Assembly (NCBI GenBank): GCA_964610335.1
Contig: CAZSVP010000003.1
Span: 13,531 to 77,530, forward strand
Direction of reading: 5' to 3'
From: an uncultured Candidatus Saccharibacteria bacterium
GTDB lineage: Bacteria; Patescibacteriota; Saccharimonadia; CAILAD01; BJGX01
DNA length: 64,000 bases
The notes beneath the pieces were generated by a model. That model was given only the letters and a program-made list of their open reading frames with translations, was not told the DNA's origin and made no database searches. Positions 52,522 to 61,984 of this stretch are shown piece after piece (within the stretch, counting starts at the first letter, position 1; each line of letters begins with the position of its first letter). The position numbers and the translations under genes were made by a program.

Positions 52522-54042
52522 ATGGCTATGCAACTCAGCAAATCCGACTACATGATGTATCTCAAACAGCCGGCTTGGTTGTGGCTCAAGAAGCACGACA
52601 AGACTAAGTTGCCCGAGCCCGATGCCAACTTGCAGGGCATGTTCGACGAGGGCAACTTGTTTGAGTCTATCGTGGAACAGCGCTTTGTAGGCTTGCGCCG
52701 ACTTGGGTTTGAGAGCTATCAAGAATATTTGAGTTTGCCCAAGCGGACAGCCGAGGCAATTGCTCAGGGTGAGCGGCTGATATCGCAGGGCCGGTTTGAA
52801 CATGAGCAGCTCACCTGTATCTGTGATGTCGTAGCAGTGGTGGGCGAGCACCAGTTGGAACTAATTGAGATCAAGGGCAGCACCAAGGTCAAGCCTGAGC
52901 ATCTCGACGACCTGGCCTTTCAGGCTGTGGTGCTAGAAGGAGCTGGCTTTGAAGTGCTAAAGTGCAGTGTGGTGTACTGCAACAACCAATATGTTCGCCA
53001 CGGCGAGATCGAAGCCGACAAGATAGCGATTGAGAAGGATGTGACTGAGCATGTACTCAACAAGCGCGAGGCGACGCGGCGCGAGATCGACAAGGCCCTC
53101 AAGGTCATGGCAAGCAGTACTATGCCCGATCCATCACCAGCCCGAGCCCGCGGCGGCGGCTTTCGTGAATGGCTGGAGATATATCTGAGTCTCAATCAGC
53201 CTGAGGGTGATCATCATATCTATCAGATCTGCCGACCCAATGCCCAGTTGCTGGCCGAGCTGGAAAGTCGTGGTATCAACGCAATTGCTGATATCCCCGA
53301 CGACCTCGAGCTCCATCCGGCTCAGGCGCGCCAAGTACAAGTCACCAAACTGGGTCAGCCAGTGGTACATCAGGCCAAGATTGAGAAGTTTCTCAATGGC
53401 TTTGAGTATCCGCTATACTTTCTCGACTACGAAACCCTGGCTTCGGTGATACCGCCATTTGATGGTTTGCGACCTTATCAGCAGTTACCGTTTCAATACT
53501 CTCTACACATACTCGAAGCTCCAGGCGCTGATCTACAACATCGTGAGTATCTGCACGAAGAGTCTGACAACCCAGCCCCGGCACTGCTTGCGCAGCTCAG
53601 CGGCGACATCGGCCCACGTGGGAGTGTGGTGGTATGGTCGGCTAGTTTTGAAAAGGGCTGCAATGAGCTGATGGCACAACTATGGCCCGAACATGCTGAG
53701 TTTTTGGAACAACTAAACGCCCGGGTGGTGGACCTTATGGATCCGTTTATGCGTGGCTGGTATGCAGACTGTAACTTCTATGGCAGCGCTAGTATTAAGA
53801 AGGTGTTGCCCGTGTTGGCACCAGAATTGAGCTACAAGGAGCTCGGCATTCAAGAGGGCGCTAGCGCCCAGCGCCGCTGGATGCAAACAGTACTCGGAGG
53901 CGCCAGCGACGGCAAGTCACAGCTCATGTCTGAGCTGCGTGAATACTGTGCCCTCGACACTCTAGCGATGGTAAAGATCTATCAGTACTTGCAATCACTT
54001 GGCAAGGGTACTGGTACCAAAGAGCAACTAAGCTTGTTTTAG
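52522..54042 (+). CDS. DUF2779-type protein: an N-terminal PD-(D/E)xK (Cas4/RecB-like) nuclease plus a C-terminal RNase-H-like exonuclease domain
   Basis: …QLELIEIKGSTK… nuclease motif and C-terminal …YFLDYETLASVIPPFDGLRPYQQLPFQYSLHI…. The ATG at 52522 lies 8 nt after TACAAT, so the transcript may be leaderless. The track ORF starts at 52420. Confidence 0.65.
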   Translation: MAMQLSKSDYMMYLKQPAWLWLKKHDKTKLPEPDANLQGMFDEGNLFESIVEQRFVGLRRLGFESYQEYLSLPKRTAEAIAQGERLISQGRFEHEQLTCICDVVAVVGEHQLELIEIKGSTKVKPEHLDDLAFQAVVLEGAGFEVLKCSVVYCNNQYVRHGEIEADKIAIEKDVTEHVLNKREATRREIDKALKVMASSTMPDPSPARARGGGFREWLEIYLSLNQPEGDHHIYQICRPNAQLLAELESRGINAIADIPDDLELHPAQARQVQVTKLGQPVVHQAKIEKFLNGFEYPLYFLDYETLASVIPPFDGLRPYQQLPFQYSLHILEAPGADLQHREYLHEESDNPAPALLAQLSGDIGPRGSVVVWSASFEKGCNELMAQLWPEHAEFLEQLNARVVDLMDPFMRGWYADCNFYGSASIKKVLPVLAPELSYKELGIQEGASAQRRWMQTVLGGASDGKSQLMSELREYCALDTLAMVKIYQYLQSLGKGTGTKEQLSLF

Positions 54043-54064
54043 AAAGGACTACTATTCTAAAGCC

Positions 54065-54568
54065 ATGAGCCGATTCATCCATGTTCACGACAAATTTCAA
54101 GATTACACTTTTGAATTGACTGCCCCAGAGGGTAAGGATTTTGCCACCAACTTTAAACCTCAGCTTACTCCCAAACAAATGCTTGAGCTGGGAGTGTTTG
54201 GGGGTGGATACTTTGCTGATAGACCAAGCGACTTGCCAAACAGCTGGTACACAAAAGCAAAGTTAAGTAGTGTTTACTCAGAGCAGCTGAATTATTTCGG
54301 GGTTCGAGCCAGTCAGCCGCGGAGCGTGTGGTTGAAAAACGGCTGGATTCGTGAAGAGTATGATCCGCGCGGTTGGTTTCAGTGGTACTGCCGTTACTAT
54401 CTGGGCCGTCGGATTGAAGATTACGATGCTTGGCAGATCAAACGGTGGCGCGGGATTGCGCGCCATGTTGCCCAGCTGCAGCGCGCCTGTCCGATTGGTG
54501 AGCTCAATTGCCGTCCGGTACAACGACAGGCCTTACTACATTGGGCCTATGACAGTCGCAAGCTTTAG
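54065..54568 (+). CDS. Hypothetical protein
   Basis: 167-aa ORF, Trp/Tyr-rich, with no known motif. Confidence 0.4.
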   Translation: MSRFIHVHDKFQDYTFELTAPEGKDFATNFKPQLTPKQMLELGVFGGGYFADRPSDLPNSWYTKAKLSSVYSEQLNYFGVRASQPRSVWLKNGWIREEYDPRGWFQWYCRYYLGRRIEDYDAWQIKRWRGIARHVAQLQRACPIGELNCRPVQRQALLHWAYDSRKL

Positions 54569-54609
54569 CCGCGATTGAAATCACTGCTCATAATGGTTAT
54601 GATTGACTG

Positions 54610-55329
54610 ATGAAGGCCATACTGCGTGTTCGTTTGTCGGCAATATTTGTGTTATTGACAGTAGTGTTCTTCGGTTTACTTAGCATAATACCAAAAACGC
54701 CGCTGGCCGCCGGTGCGCTTACTCTATTTACTGTTAACTCTTTTTTGCTAGGCTTTTATATCGCCCCTATCTTGGCGGCTCAAAAACTTCGTATTGACGA
54801 CATCAACCGCATCACCCATGCTGAAGCCTTGGCACTATATAAAATTGTGCTTGGCGCTCGAGAGTTGTCCAAGGCACAATACCATCATTTCAAGCAGCAG
54901 ATGACTACATATATCAAGGCCCGTATCAATGATCGAAACCCTCTATCGGGCGAGGATCAATACGAGGATATGGTGAGTTACTGCCTGGACTATGAAGGCC
55001 GTGATGTTAAAGTAATAGAAACAATCCAGACTGGCTTAATAGATAACCAAGTCAATCGTAGTGCCCTCAACGCCGCCTTTCGCAACCATGTCTACCAGCA
55101 TGAGTGGGTGGTAATACTTATTCTCTATAGTGTAACGATGTTCTTTGTGCTGCAGATCGACTTTGGCAAAGCCTTGAGCCTACGACTGATCGCATCGCTG
55201 CTAGCCGCTGGTGTGACGCTAATACTGTTTATATTGGCGAAGCTCAGTACGCTTACCCACAAGAAAGCCAAATACATCTACGAGAGTTATCAAAAGCTAA
55301 TTGCTACCGACTACCGCCGCGTCGACTAG
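54610..55329 (+). CDS. Hypothetical membrane protein (N-terminal two TM, plus a later TM)
   Basis: Hydrophobic segments; ORF only. Confidence 0.45.
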   Translation: MKAILRVRLSAIFVLLTVVFFGLLSIIPKTPLAAGALTLFTVNSFLLGFYIAPILAAQKLRIDDINRITHAEALALYKIVLGARELSKAQYHHFKQQMTTYIKARINDRNPLSGEDQYEDMVSYCLDYEGRDVKVIETIQTGLIDNQVNRSALNAAFRNHVYQHEWVVILILYSVTMFFVLQIDFGKALSLRLIASLLAAGVTLILFILAKLSTLTHKKAKYIYESYQKLIATDYRRVD

Positions 55330-55332
55330 TCT

Positions 55333-55520
55333 TAACTCCGGCCCAAAGCCTTTCTGTCCCAACCACTTGAGAAGTCAAGAAAGTGAATTGAGCAGTGGCG
55401 CTACTATCCGAGGACTGTTCGAACCCGAAGCAAAGCTTCGAGTGAGTTCCGCAGGATTGTAAGCTATTGAACAATGAATGTTTCTTGATTTGGAGCGTGG
55501 TCAAGGACTTTGCTTCTTTG
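55333..55520. repeat. Partial, inverted, divergent third member of the intergenic repeat family
   Basis: The reverse complement shares ctgcggaact and cttcg(g)gttcgaacagtcctcg blocks with the element at 60820 (…ttctgcggaacttg…gagcttcgaacagtcctcg…). It lacks the 5' TIR block. Confidence 0.3.
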
Positions 55521-55561
55521 GTCCGTCAAAGAAGGGGAAAACTTTGCTATAATACAAGATT

Positions 55562-56488
55562 ATGAAGCAAAAAGTTTACGACGTAATTATTATTGGTGCC
55601 GGACCGGCCGGCTACACTGCGGCTGTTTATACAGCTCGTGCCAACTTGAGTACGCTAATGTTGGCTGGCGACACCCCGGGCGGACAGTTGCTGCTAACCT
55701 CCGAAGTAGAGAACTATCCTGGATTCAAAGACGGCATCATGGGTCCGGCGCTGATGGATGAGATGAAAGCTCAGGCGGTGCGGTTTGGTACTGAGCTACG
55801 AGCTGACTTTGTCACCAAGGTGGACCTAAGCGGTGAGACCAAGCGTGTTTGGGTAGGCGACGATGAGTATACTGCTAAGGCGGTAATTATCTCGACTGGT
55901 GCCAGTGCCAACTGGCTCAATCTTGAAAACGAGCAACGTCTGATGGGCAAGGGCATTAGCGCCTGTGCTACCTGCGATGGGTTTTTCTTTAGTGGCAAAC
56001 ACGTGGTAGTGGTTGGTGGTGGTGATAGTGCTATGGAAGAGGCACTAACACTGGCCAAGTTTGCTTCAAAAGTGACTATTGTGCATCGTCGCGATGAGTT
56101 TCGTGCCAGCAAGATCATGCAGCAACGGGTCAAAGACCACGACAAGATCGATATTGTTTGGAATGGCACTGTTGTCGATGTACTTGGTAAGGACTTTGTT
56201 GATGGTGTGGTAATCGAAGATACCAAATCAGGTGAAAAGCGAAATTTTGCCTGCGAAGGGTTGTTTGTAGCCATTGGGCACACACCTGCTACCAAGCTGT
56301 TTGCTGATGTGCTGGATCTGGACGATAAGGGTTATATCAAGACCCAGCCTAGTACGGCTACCGAGATAGCTGGCGTGTTTGCGGCCGGCGATGTGGCAGA
56401 TAGTCGCTACAGGCAAGCCATCACTGCCGCAGGTGAGGGTTGTAAAGCAGCGCTTGAGGCCGAGCACTATCTAGAATCCCTGATATAA
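55562..56488 (+). CDS. trxB: Thioredoxin reductase
   Basis: FAD motif IIIGAGPAGYTAA, redox-active CATC, and NADPH motif GGGDSAMEEA. Confidence 0.95.
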   Translation: MKQKVYDVIIIGAGPAGYTAAVYTARANLSTLMLAGDTPGGQLLLTSEVENYPGFKDGIMGPALMDEMKAQAVRFGTELRADFVTKVDLSGETKRVWVGDDEYTAKAVIISTGASANWLNLENEQRLMGKGISACATCDGFFFSGKHVVVVGGGDSAMEEALTLAKFASKVTIVHRRDEFRASKIMQQRVKDHDKIDIVWNGTVVDVLGKDFVDGVVIEDTKSGEKRNFACEGLFVAIGHTPATKLFADVLDLDDKGYIKTQPSTATEIAGVFAAGDVADSRYRQAITAAGEGCKAALEAEHYLESLI

Positions 56489-56590
56489 TCAATCGATCAG
56501 TAGTCTATGCGAATATTTGCTCCACACTAAGACCTGAGATTTACCCAGAAAACTTTGCCATTATTAGCTGCAAAACTTATACTACTAATC

Positions 56591-57064
56591 ATGAGTACTT
56601 CGATCCAGCCTATACAGCTGCGTTCACTGGTTAACTTACGCAAATTATTTGTTGATGCGCTGTCAACTGACTTTGGTTACTTTCCAGCAAACTATCATCG
56701 TGAGGTGCTAGCCCAAAATCGGTTGCACCACTTCGCACTGGCATTGGCTCGGCCAGATAGAATACTGTTGGGCGCCTATCGGGCTCGCAATCTGGTTGGA
56801 TACAGTATCAGTGACTGTAGTGGTCACACAGCGTTTTTATTTTGGATATATATGATACCAGAGCTGCGTGGACAGGGCCTGGGTAAGCAACTACTACGAG
56901 CTACAGAGCAAGCATGCCGCAACAAAGGCAAAGACAATATGCAGCTTGTCACACACGATCATCGCGACTATTACCAAAAGAATGGTTTTGGCTGGGTAGA
57001 CACTGTGACAGAATCTGACAATAACATAACCATGCATCTTATGGAGAAACAGCTTCATGCCTAA
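56591..57064 (+). CDS. GNAT family N-acetyltransferase
   Basis: …ELRGQGLGKQLL… acetyl-CoA-binding motif A. The track ORF starts at the TTG at 56555. Confidence 0.65.
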   Translation: MSTSIQPIQLRSLVNLRKLFVDALSTDFGYFPANYHREVLAQNRLHHFALALARPDRILLGAYRARNLVGYSISDCSGHTAFLFWIYMIPELRGQGLGKQLLRATEQACRNKGKDNMQLVTHDHRDYYQKNGFGWVDTVTESDNNITMHLMEKQLHA

Positions 57065-58520
57065 GAAACAAGTTCGTAAGTCAAAGCTCAAAGCTACTTC
57101 TCGGCAGGTAGCGCCACCTGAGATGCCTGCTGTAGAGCTTAACGATCGTGAGAAAAAGGTGCGGACTTGGTCGATTGTAGCGCTGGTGCTCGAAGCCCTG
57201 GTGATAGTTGGCTTAATAGCTTACGGACTATGGTTGGGTCGTAGTAAGCCAGTAGAAACCAAACAGCCCGAGCCAAGCAAACAAAACAATGATTACAAAC
57301 CATACGTTGCTCAAACCGGCAAAATACTCAGTGACGAGGTGGTTACAAACTACTCAGCCGAGCAAACCTTGAGCACTATCAAACAAACCAATCAACATTT
57401 TGATGGTTCGGTTACAGGTTCGGTTCAGAAACGACTAATCCGCTATACCAGCTCTGATGGCCAGCGCGATGATGTACCAATATACGCCAGAGTATACTTG
57501 CCTCAAGATCAAACCAAGCCGATGCCGCTGGTGGTGTTTGCCCCAGGCACCACAGGAGTCGGTGATGATTGTGCCGCAAGTTTGGAGAATCCAGCCAAAC
57601 GAAATTGGGCGAACTATGACAGCCTGCTACTAGCTTACGCCTCGCAAGGATATGCTGTGGTTACCACTGATTATGAGGGTATGCGCGATCCTAATCGCAT
57701 ACATCACTATATGGTTGGGGAGCTTGAAGGGCGAGCTATGCTCGATGCTATTCGTGCTGTCAAAAGCCTGGATGCCACCAAATCAAAGGTCAATACAGAA
57801 AATAGTTTTGTGACTGGCTATAGCCAAGGTGGGCACGCGGCATTCTGGGCTGACCAAATCCAACCTAGCTATGCACCTGACCTAACACTCAAGGGCTCAG
57901 TCGGGTTTGGTCCTGTTACTGATGTTGAGCAGACGCTGGCCGACATCAATCGTGGTGCTAACATCAATTGGTTTGGGCCATATGTACTGGTAAGCTACAC
58001 CGATTGGTACAAACACATTTACCCACTCGAGCGGATATTGCAAAATCGCTGGATCCCCAATCTGCGAGCTGATGTGCTTAGAGAATGTATTGACTCTGTC
58101 AACCGCTACTGGCCCAACAATATTGGTGCCAATCGGGCGAGTGCCGTTTATACCTCTGAGTTCTTGCAGGCGCTTAAGAGTGGTTTGCGCATCACCAACC
58201 CCTATAAGCAGCTCGGTGAGGATATGTATACCAACATAGTTGGCCTTGTTAAGACTTCTACTCCAAAGCGTATCAATCAAGGCAAACACGACAATGTGAT
58301 ATTGCCAGCTCAATCCGAAGCTGCACTAAAGCGACTTTGTCAGCATGGCAATACGGTGCAATATGTCAGTTATGACACCAATCGCTATGCTGTCACCAAC
58401 TATGATAGCAAGGGCAACGTCGATCACTACAGAACTATGAATGCTAGTTTGTTTGATACAATTGCTTGGATGAATGATCGCTTGGCCGACAAGCCGGCGC
58501 CTAACTCATGTAGCAACTAA
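57057..58520 (+). CDS. Membrane-anchored alpha/beta hydrolase of the secretory lipase (LIP) type
   Basis: N-terminal TM, nucleophile elbow GYSQGGHAA, and a size and architecture typical of LIP family lipases. Confidence 0.65.
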   Translation: MPKKQVRKSKLKATSRQVAPPEMPAVELNDREKKVRTWSIVALVLEALVIVGLIAYGLWLGRSKPVETKQPEPSKQNNDYKPYVAQTGKILSDEVVTNYSAEQTLSTIKQTNQHFDGSVTGSVQKRLIRYTSSDGQRDDVPIYARVYLPQDQTKPMPLVVFAPGTTGVGDDCAASLENPAKRNWANYDSLLLAYASQGYAVVTTDYEGMRDPNRIHHYMVGELEGRAMLDAIRAVKSLDATKSKVNTENSFVTGYSQGGHAAFWADQIQPSYAPDLTLKGSVGFGPVTDVEQTLADINRGANINWFGPYVLVSYTDWYKHIYPLERILQNRWIPNLRADVLRECIDSVNRYWPNNIGANRASAVYTSEFLQALKSGLRITNPYKQLGEDMYTNIVGLVKTSTPKRINQGKHDNVILPAQSEAALKRLCQHGNTVQYVSYDTNRYAVTNYDSKGNVDHYRTMNASLFDTIAWMNDRLADKPAPNSCSN

Positions 58521-58550
58521 AAAACAGTCCGCCGTGGCGGACTGTTTTTA
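58521..58550. terminator. Bidirectional terminator (aaaaacagtccgccgtggcggactgttttt)
   Basis: Perfect 10-bp stem with an A-run and a T-run, between the convergent lipase and rplU genes. Confidence 0.65.
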
Positions 58551-58561
58551 ATTCAAGAGAG

Positions 58562-58870
58562 TTATTTGACTGAGATCTTCTTGATGGTCAATACACTTTG
58601 GTGCTGACGGTGACCAGTAAGGGTCTTCTGGCGCTTCTTAGCTTTGTACTTGAGCACCTTGACCTTGTCGGCCTTTTGGTCGGCTTCAGTTACTTCGGCG
58701 GTAACTTTGGCGCCGGTTACAGTCGGTTTACCAACTTGGACTTTATCACCATCGATCACTAGTAGTGGAGTAAACTCCATGGTCTTATCGTCACCAACTA
58801 GTTCGGTTTCGATAGTCTGTCCTTCTTCCACTAAGTACTGTTTGGCACCTGCTTCGATTACTGCTATCAT
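58562..58870 (-). CDS. rplU: 50S ribosomal protein L21
   Basis: Translation MIAVIEAGAKQYLVEEGQTIETE… matches the L21 family. No rpmA follows. Confidence 0.9.
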   Translation of the reverse strand: MIAVIEAGAKQYLVEEGQTIETELVGDDKTMEFTPLLVIDGDKVQVGKPTVTGAKVTAEVTEADQKADKVKVLKYKAKKRQKTLTGHRQHQSVLTIKKISVK

Positions 58871-59045
58871 GTTTTTCCTTCAGGTTAGAACTTTCTCTTT
58901 TGAACCACAACATATCTGCTGCTTACCGGGCTCCATCGGCTCTGACGGTATCCGTCCGAGCCATGTCTCTGATCCACGTGAGAAAGTCCTAGTTAGTTAT
59001 AATTGAGACAATATGGAATTGTACCAAACTAACAGGACAAAAGTC
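58871..59045 (-). promoter_or_regulatory. Putative promoter (-35 TTGACT, 18-nt spacer, -10 TACAAT) and a structured 5' leader of about 140 nt for rplU (L21-leader-like)
   Basis: On the minus strand: ggtaTTGACTtttgtcctgttagtttggTACAATtcc. The leader has an 8-bp closing stem ACUUUCUC…GAGAAAGU enclosing the GC-rich hairpins GGCUCGGACGG…CCGUCAGAGCC. Confidence 0.35.
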
Positions 59046-59125
59046 AATACCCTGTTTAGCTTGTGACCCCTGGTAAGTTTATTGTCCGCAATGCTACAAT
59101 AGAGTCTACTAATCTTGGAGGGTGA

Positions 59126-59890
59126 GTGAAGCGCATAATTGCGGTAGCTAATCAAAAGGGTGGTGTCGGCAAGACTACGACTGTTATCAATGTCGCAGCC
59201 TACTTAGCCAAATCAGGCAAGCGGGTACTGATAGTTGACCTCGATCCGCAGGGCAATAGTAGCTCAGGGCTAGCGATAGGCAAAAACGAGCTCAAAAACA
59301 CACTGTACGACGTACTGGTGGGTGACGTGCCAGCCGCTGAGGTAGTCTGCCAAACTGCTTTTGAGCGCATTGATGTGCTGCCAAGCAACTCAGTCTTAGC
59401 CGCAGCCGAGGTAGAACTAACTCGAGTTCGTTCAGGGCGCGAGAATCGGCTGCGACGTGCTCTCAAAGATCTTGATTACGATGTCATACTGGTTGATTGC
59501 CCGCCATCGCTCGGACTACTGACTGTCAATGGGCTTACTGCTGCAGACTTTGTGATGATTCCAGTGCAATCTGAGTACTACGCCCTTGAGGGGTTGGGGC
59601 AATTACTAGCTACTATCAAGCGAGTGCGCCAGGTTCTCAATCCCAAGCTCGGCTTACTGGGAATAGTGATTACCATGCACAACAATCGTACTAGTTTAGC
59701 GACTCAAGTGGAGAAGGAGCTCCAAAAGCACTTTGGGCGCAATCTGTTTGACAGTATTATTCCGCGCAATGTACGATTAGCTGAAGCACCAAGCCATGGC
59801 AAACCTATCCTCTACTACGATCGGTTTTGTCGTGGCGCCAGCGCCTATAAGAAACTGTCGCGCGAGATAGCGACACGCGCCAAATTATAA
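59126..59890 (+). CDS. parA: Chromosome partitioning ATPase ParA/Soj
   Basis: Deviant Walker A KGGVGKTTT. GTG start with a GGAGGG RBS. Confidence 0.9.
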   Translation: MKRIIAVANQKGGVGKTTTVINVAAYLAKSGKRVLIVDLDPQGNSSSGLAIGKNELKNTLYDVLVGDVPAAEVVCQTAFERIDVLPSNSVLAAAEVELTRVRSGRENRLRRALKDLDYDVILVDCPPSLGLLTVNGLTAADFVMIPVQSEYYALEGLGQLLATIKRVRQVLNPKLGLLGIVITMHNNRTSLATQVEKELQKHFGRNLFDSIIPRNVRLAEAPSHGKPILYYDRFCRGASAYKKLSREIATRAKL

Positions 59891-59905
59891 GGGGGAGGAA
59901 AAAAT

Positions 59906-60790
59906 ATGAGCACAACAGACAGACTGGGGAAAGGTTTAGATTCACTTATACCGACTGACATTGATGATTTTGTGGCCAGCGATGCACCAGATGAGGTGCG
60001 GCTCGATCGGGCCGAGCTAGCTCAGTTGCCAGTGGACAAGATCGATCCCAACCCACATCAGCCTCGCAAGGAGTTTCGTGAGTCAGAGCTCGAGGAGTTG
60101 ACCAGCTCGATTCGTACCCATGGCATAGTCCAACCTCTGGTAGTAAGCCGAGCTGCTGGTAATCGATTTGAGCTGATTGCAGGTGAGCGGCGCCTGCGCG
60201 CAGCCAAACGGGTTGGGCTAGATAAAGTGCCGGCTATTGTTCGTAGCTTCGACGAGCAAGAACAACTCGAAGTGGCTATGATCGAGAACATCCAGCGCGC
60301 CGACCTCAACCCTATGGAGCTGGCTGCTGCCTACTCCAAGCTTAGTACTCAGTTCAATCTATCAAACGATCAGATCGCCAAACAAGTTGGTAAGGCAGTG
60401 CCAACAGTGATCAATACCATGCGTTTGCTCAATCTCGATCATCCAGCCAAAGTAGCACTCAACGAAGGACGGATTAGTGAAGGTCATGCTCGGGCTCTAC
60501 TAATGTGCAAGGATGTAGCCCACCAGCGCAAGTTACTGGCCATAATGTTGCGTCAACCAATTACGGTACGTCAGGCTGAGGACTATGCTCGTGACTTCAA
60601 TGCCACAGCCGACCCTAAGTCATTACCACTTCAGAAGCGCAAGCAGATCCAAAATGATCTAACTGCTAGGTTAGAGAAGCTGCTCAGTACAAGAGTGCGG
60701 CTACAAACTACCACCCGTGGTGGGCGAGTGGTGATTGATTATCATAGTGACGAAGATCTCCAGCGGATTATTGAGCAATTGACTCAATAG
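59906..60790 (+). CDS. parB: Chromosome partitioning protein ParB/Spo0J
   Basis: ParB box GERRLRAAK and an HTH. Confidence 0.9.
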   Translation: MSTTDRLGKGLDSLIPTDIDDFVASDAPDEVRLDRAELAQLPVDKIDPNPHQPRKEFRESELEELTSSIRTHGIVQPLVVSRAAGNRFELIAGERRLRAAKRVGLDKVPAIVRSFDEQEQLEVAMIENIQRADLNPMELAAAYSKLSTQFNLSNDQIAKQVGKAVPTVINTMRLLNLDHPAKVALNEGRISEGHARALLMCKDVAHQRKLLAIMLRQPITVRQAEDYARDFNATADPKSLPLQKRKQIQNDLTARLEKLLSTRVRLQTTTRGGRVVIDYHSDEDLQRIIEQLTQ

Positions 60791-60819
60791 TTAAACTGTA
60801 TTTTTTGTTAGGATTTCGT

Positions 60820-61057
60820 CCCTTACGGGCCGCCTAGCTTTTGTCTTGGCAAAAGCTTAGCAAAACCGTCCGGCTCGGACTTCATATCTAGAAGCGATCA
60901 AACTGTTCTCACTTTCTGTTCTGCGGAACTTGCTCTGGTATGTACCAGAGCTTCGAACAGTCCTCGAAACAGAAGTATTCAAATAGCTTGGTCTTTCTGA
61001 TCCTCGAGAGCCGGAGCTTGAAGCTGGTTCCAGGAGCGAAGCTTGGAGCGAAAAACT
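60820..61057. repeat. Copy 2 of the intergenic repeat family (5' AGGATTTCGTCCCTTACGG … 3' GGAGCGAAAAAC)
   Basis: Shares its ordered blocks with the element at 11922. Internal hairpins include gcttttgtcttggcaaaagc and ctctggtatgtaccagag. It sits between convergent parB and lepB. Confidence 0.5.
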
Positions 61058-61089
61058 AATGAATTTGGTTTGGCCTGATCCGAAAGCTA

Positions 61090-61953
61090 CTAGTTGATAG
61101 GATAGTCAGGCAATGTAATAGGCCCGAAGGTACCAATTGGTAGAAGCCTTAACTCTGCTATACCGGTAATAAATTTCTGATCAAGCTGACCCCACTCGCG
61201 GCTATCAAAGCTGCCGCCTGGGCTACGGTTGTCACCACTGACGAAGAAATGTTGCGGCTCGATAGTCATATCAACATCACCTAGGGTCTTGTAATCAGGA
61301 TCGGGATAGCTCTCTTTCAAGACAAACCCATCCGGATGCTCTTTGTTGTAGATAGTATATACGCCATCCTTCAAAGTTATACGTTCTCCAGGCAAAGCTA
61401 GTACACGCTTGATAAAGAAGGTTTCTGGAGCATTGGGGTAACGAAATACTATTACGTTACCTCGCTGTAGTGGCAGACTGGCCTTGGCGCCAAGGGCATT
61501 TTGGATATTGGTGAGTGTCAGTGGCCACTTAGCAATAATTAAGTAGTCATTGTTGTGGTAGTTGGGCTCCATACTACTACCACTAACGTAATAGGCTTGA
61601 AAAATAAAATTGTTTATAACAAAAACTATACCAACGGTAATAATGGCGGTGATCAAAAGCTCCTTAAACAGCTTACCGATCTTCTTGCCGGCGCCCTCGG
61701 CCTCTTCAGCTTCGACGGCATCACTTTCCAGCTTAGCGCCGGTCGCGCGTGTTTTCTCGTTGGGAACTGCAGCAGCAGGCGCGGCCTTGGTGGGTTGGCC
61801 GGCGGCAGCTCGTAGCTTGTCTAACTCCTGCTCATGAGCGGCAGCAGCTGACGGAGTTTTTGCGCCTGGCTTGATAGCACTACCTGGTTTGGGTAAGTCT
61901 TCTTCGGCAATTCTGGCATCTGGCTGATAGTCGGGTTCATTTGGCATATCCAT
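61090..61953 (-). CDS. lepB: Signal peptidase I with an Ala/Pro-rich N-terminal extension
   Basis: TM anchor, catalytic Ser region (SGSSMEP) and GDNR..S.DSR box. Confidence 0.85.
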   Translation of the reverse strand: MDMPNEPDYQPDARIAEEDLPKPGSAIKPGAKTPSAAAAHEQELDKLRAAAGQPTKAAPAAAVPNEKTRATGAKLESDAVEAEEAEGAGKKIGKLFKELLITAIITVGIVFVINNFIFQAYYVSGSSMEPNYHNNDYLIIAKWPLTLTNIQNALGAKASLPLQRGNVIVFRYPNAPETFFIKRVLALPGERITLKDGVYTIYNKEHPDGFVLKESYPDPDYKTLGDVDMTIEPQHFFVSGDNRSPGGSFDSREWGQLDQKFITGIAELRLLPIGTFGPITLPDYPIN

Positions 61954-61984
61954 ACATTATACCGCCTGGCTTGAGTCTGGCACA

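Noticed and set aside
55395-55425. Possible tRNA T-arm (ggactgTTCGAAcccgaag)
   Set aside because: The flanking sequence does not form acceptor, D or anticodon stems. The motif is better explained as part of the third repeat-family copy, being the reverse complement of cttcgaacagtcctcg in copy 2.
55330-55560. 6S RNA upstream of trxB
   Set aside because: A loose long-range complementarity exists (ggcccaaag…ctttggtcc), but no convincing central bubble or terminal loop could be traced by hand. Partial homology to the repeat family explains the region more simply.
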